A stretch of DNA of 64,000 nucleotides from Candidatus Thorarchaeota archaeon. Its GTDB lineage: Archaea > Asgardarchaeota > Thorarchaeia > Thorarchaeales > Thorarchaeaceae. Where the stretch lies: the NCBI GenBank assembly GCA_046758445.1, contig JBHIAE010000003.1, positions 55,379 through 119,378 of the forward strand, in the 5' to 3' direction. The notes under the pieces are model-generated. The model searched no databases and was not told the DNA's origin. It saw only the letters and a list, made by a program, of their open reading frames with translations. The position numbers and the translations under genes were made by a program. The stretch's first letter is position 1. Each line of letters begins with the position of its first letter. Shown piece after piece: positions 63,729 to 64,000 of this stretch.

Positions 63729-64000
63729 GTGACAAAGATAGAACCAGCTGAGGAAATTGTTCCTCGCATTCTCGAGCGATATGAGAAGGAGCCGAGGGGC
63801 TGGAGAGTGATGAACACTCCTCGAGGAGAGATGCTGGTTGTAGGGCCTGACTCCGTTTTTCAGCTAAAGCTCATCTCACTGAACCCGTTCGAGTTCGTGG
63901 GCTCTGGAGTCGAGATGAGCGAGTCCAACAAAGTGGTCAAGTCGGTCCGTTCTACGCCTGAGTTTGGATTCAGACCACTGACTGATGTCGATATCCAGAG
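63729..64000 (+). CDS. Hypothetical protein, 3' truncated by window
   Basis: Open frame from GTG: TKIEPAEEIVPRILERYEKEPRGWRV...PEFGFRPL. Confidence 0.6.
   Translation, partial: MTKIEPAEEIVPRILERYEKEPRGWRVMNTPRGEMLVVGPDSVFQLKLISLNPFEFVGSGVEMSESNKVVKSVRSTPEFGFRPLTDVDIQ

Noticed and set aside
1-64000. CRISPR arrays, cas genes, transposases, integrases, rRNA genes
   Set aside because: No regularly spaced repeats or corresponding protein or rRNA motifs seen
1-64000. Selenoprotein (UGA read-through) or frameshifted genes
   Set aside because: No recognisable protein appears truncated at an in-frame TGA and no convincing SECIS was found by eye; not exhaustively tested

Overview
Archaeal chromosomal segment of roughly balanced GC content, dominated by core information-processing genes. 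It is most consistent with an Asgard archaeon, probably Thorarchaeia; this is an inference from a ribophorin I-like protein, a eukaryote-type topoisomerase IB, an RPA2-like subunit, a WD40 protein and the gene order. It contains CDC48, the FEN1-RPA2-aIF2B-NMD3-aIF1A-RIO1-Dim2-TopoVI cluster, gcvPA/PB, the S19e...L31e-aIF6-LX-prefoldin-ftsY-ftsZ-secE-spt5-L11-L1-L10-L12 superoperon, and six tRNA genes, two with introns. Notable observations: (1) a ~1000-aa ribophorin I homologue with an FKBP prolyl-isomerase domain nested inside a DOMON-like domain, divergent from an AglH/Alg7 N-glycosylation initiator; (2) a 1.7-kb integrase-less islet in tRNA-Gln, bounded by a perfect 32-bp att repeat and carrying a Panacea/DUF4065-like plus PIN-like gene pair; (3) a CCHC zinc finger with NEMO/UBZ-like spacing inserted in Spt5; (4) a ~165-nt, apparently pseudoknotted leader that sequesters the ribosome-binding site of the L11-L1-L10-L12 operon, with weaker structured leaders before other core genes; (5) a T-loop (59/60) BHB intron in tRNA-Thr; (6) a Topo IB with a greatly expanded linker; (7) a three-copy TetR operator. 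All family assignments come from motif recognition by eye, with no database searches.
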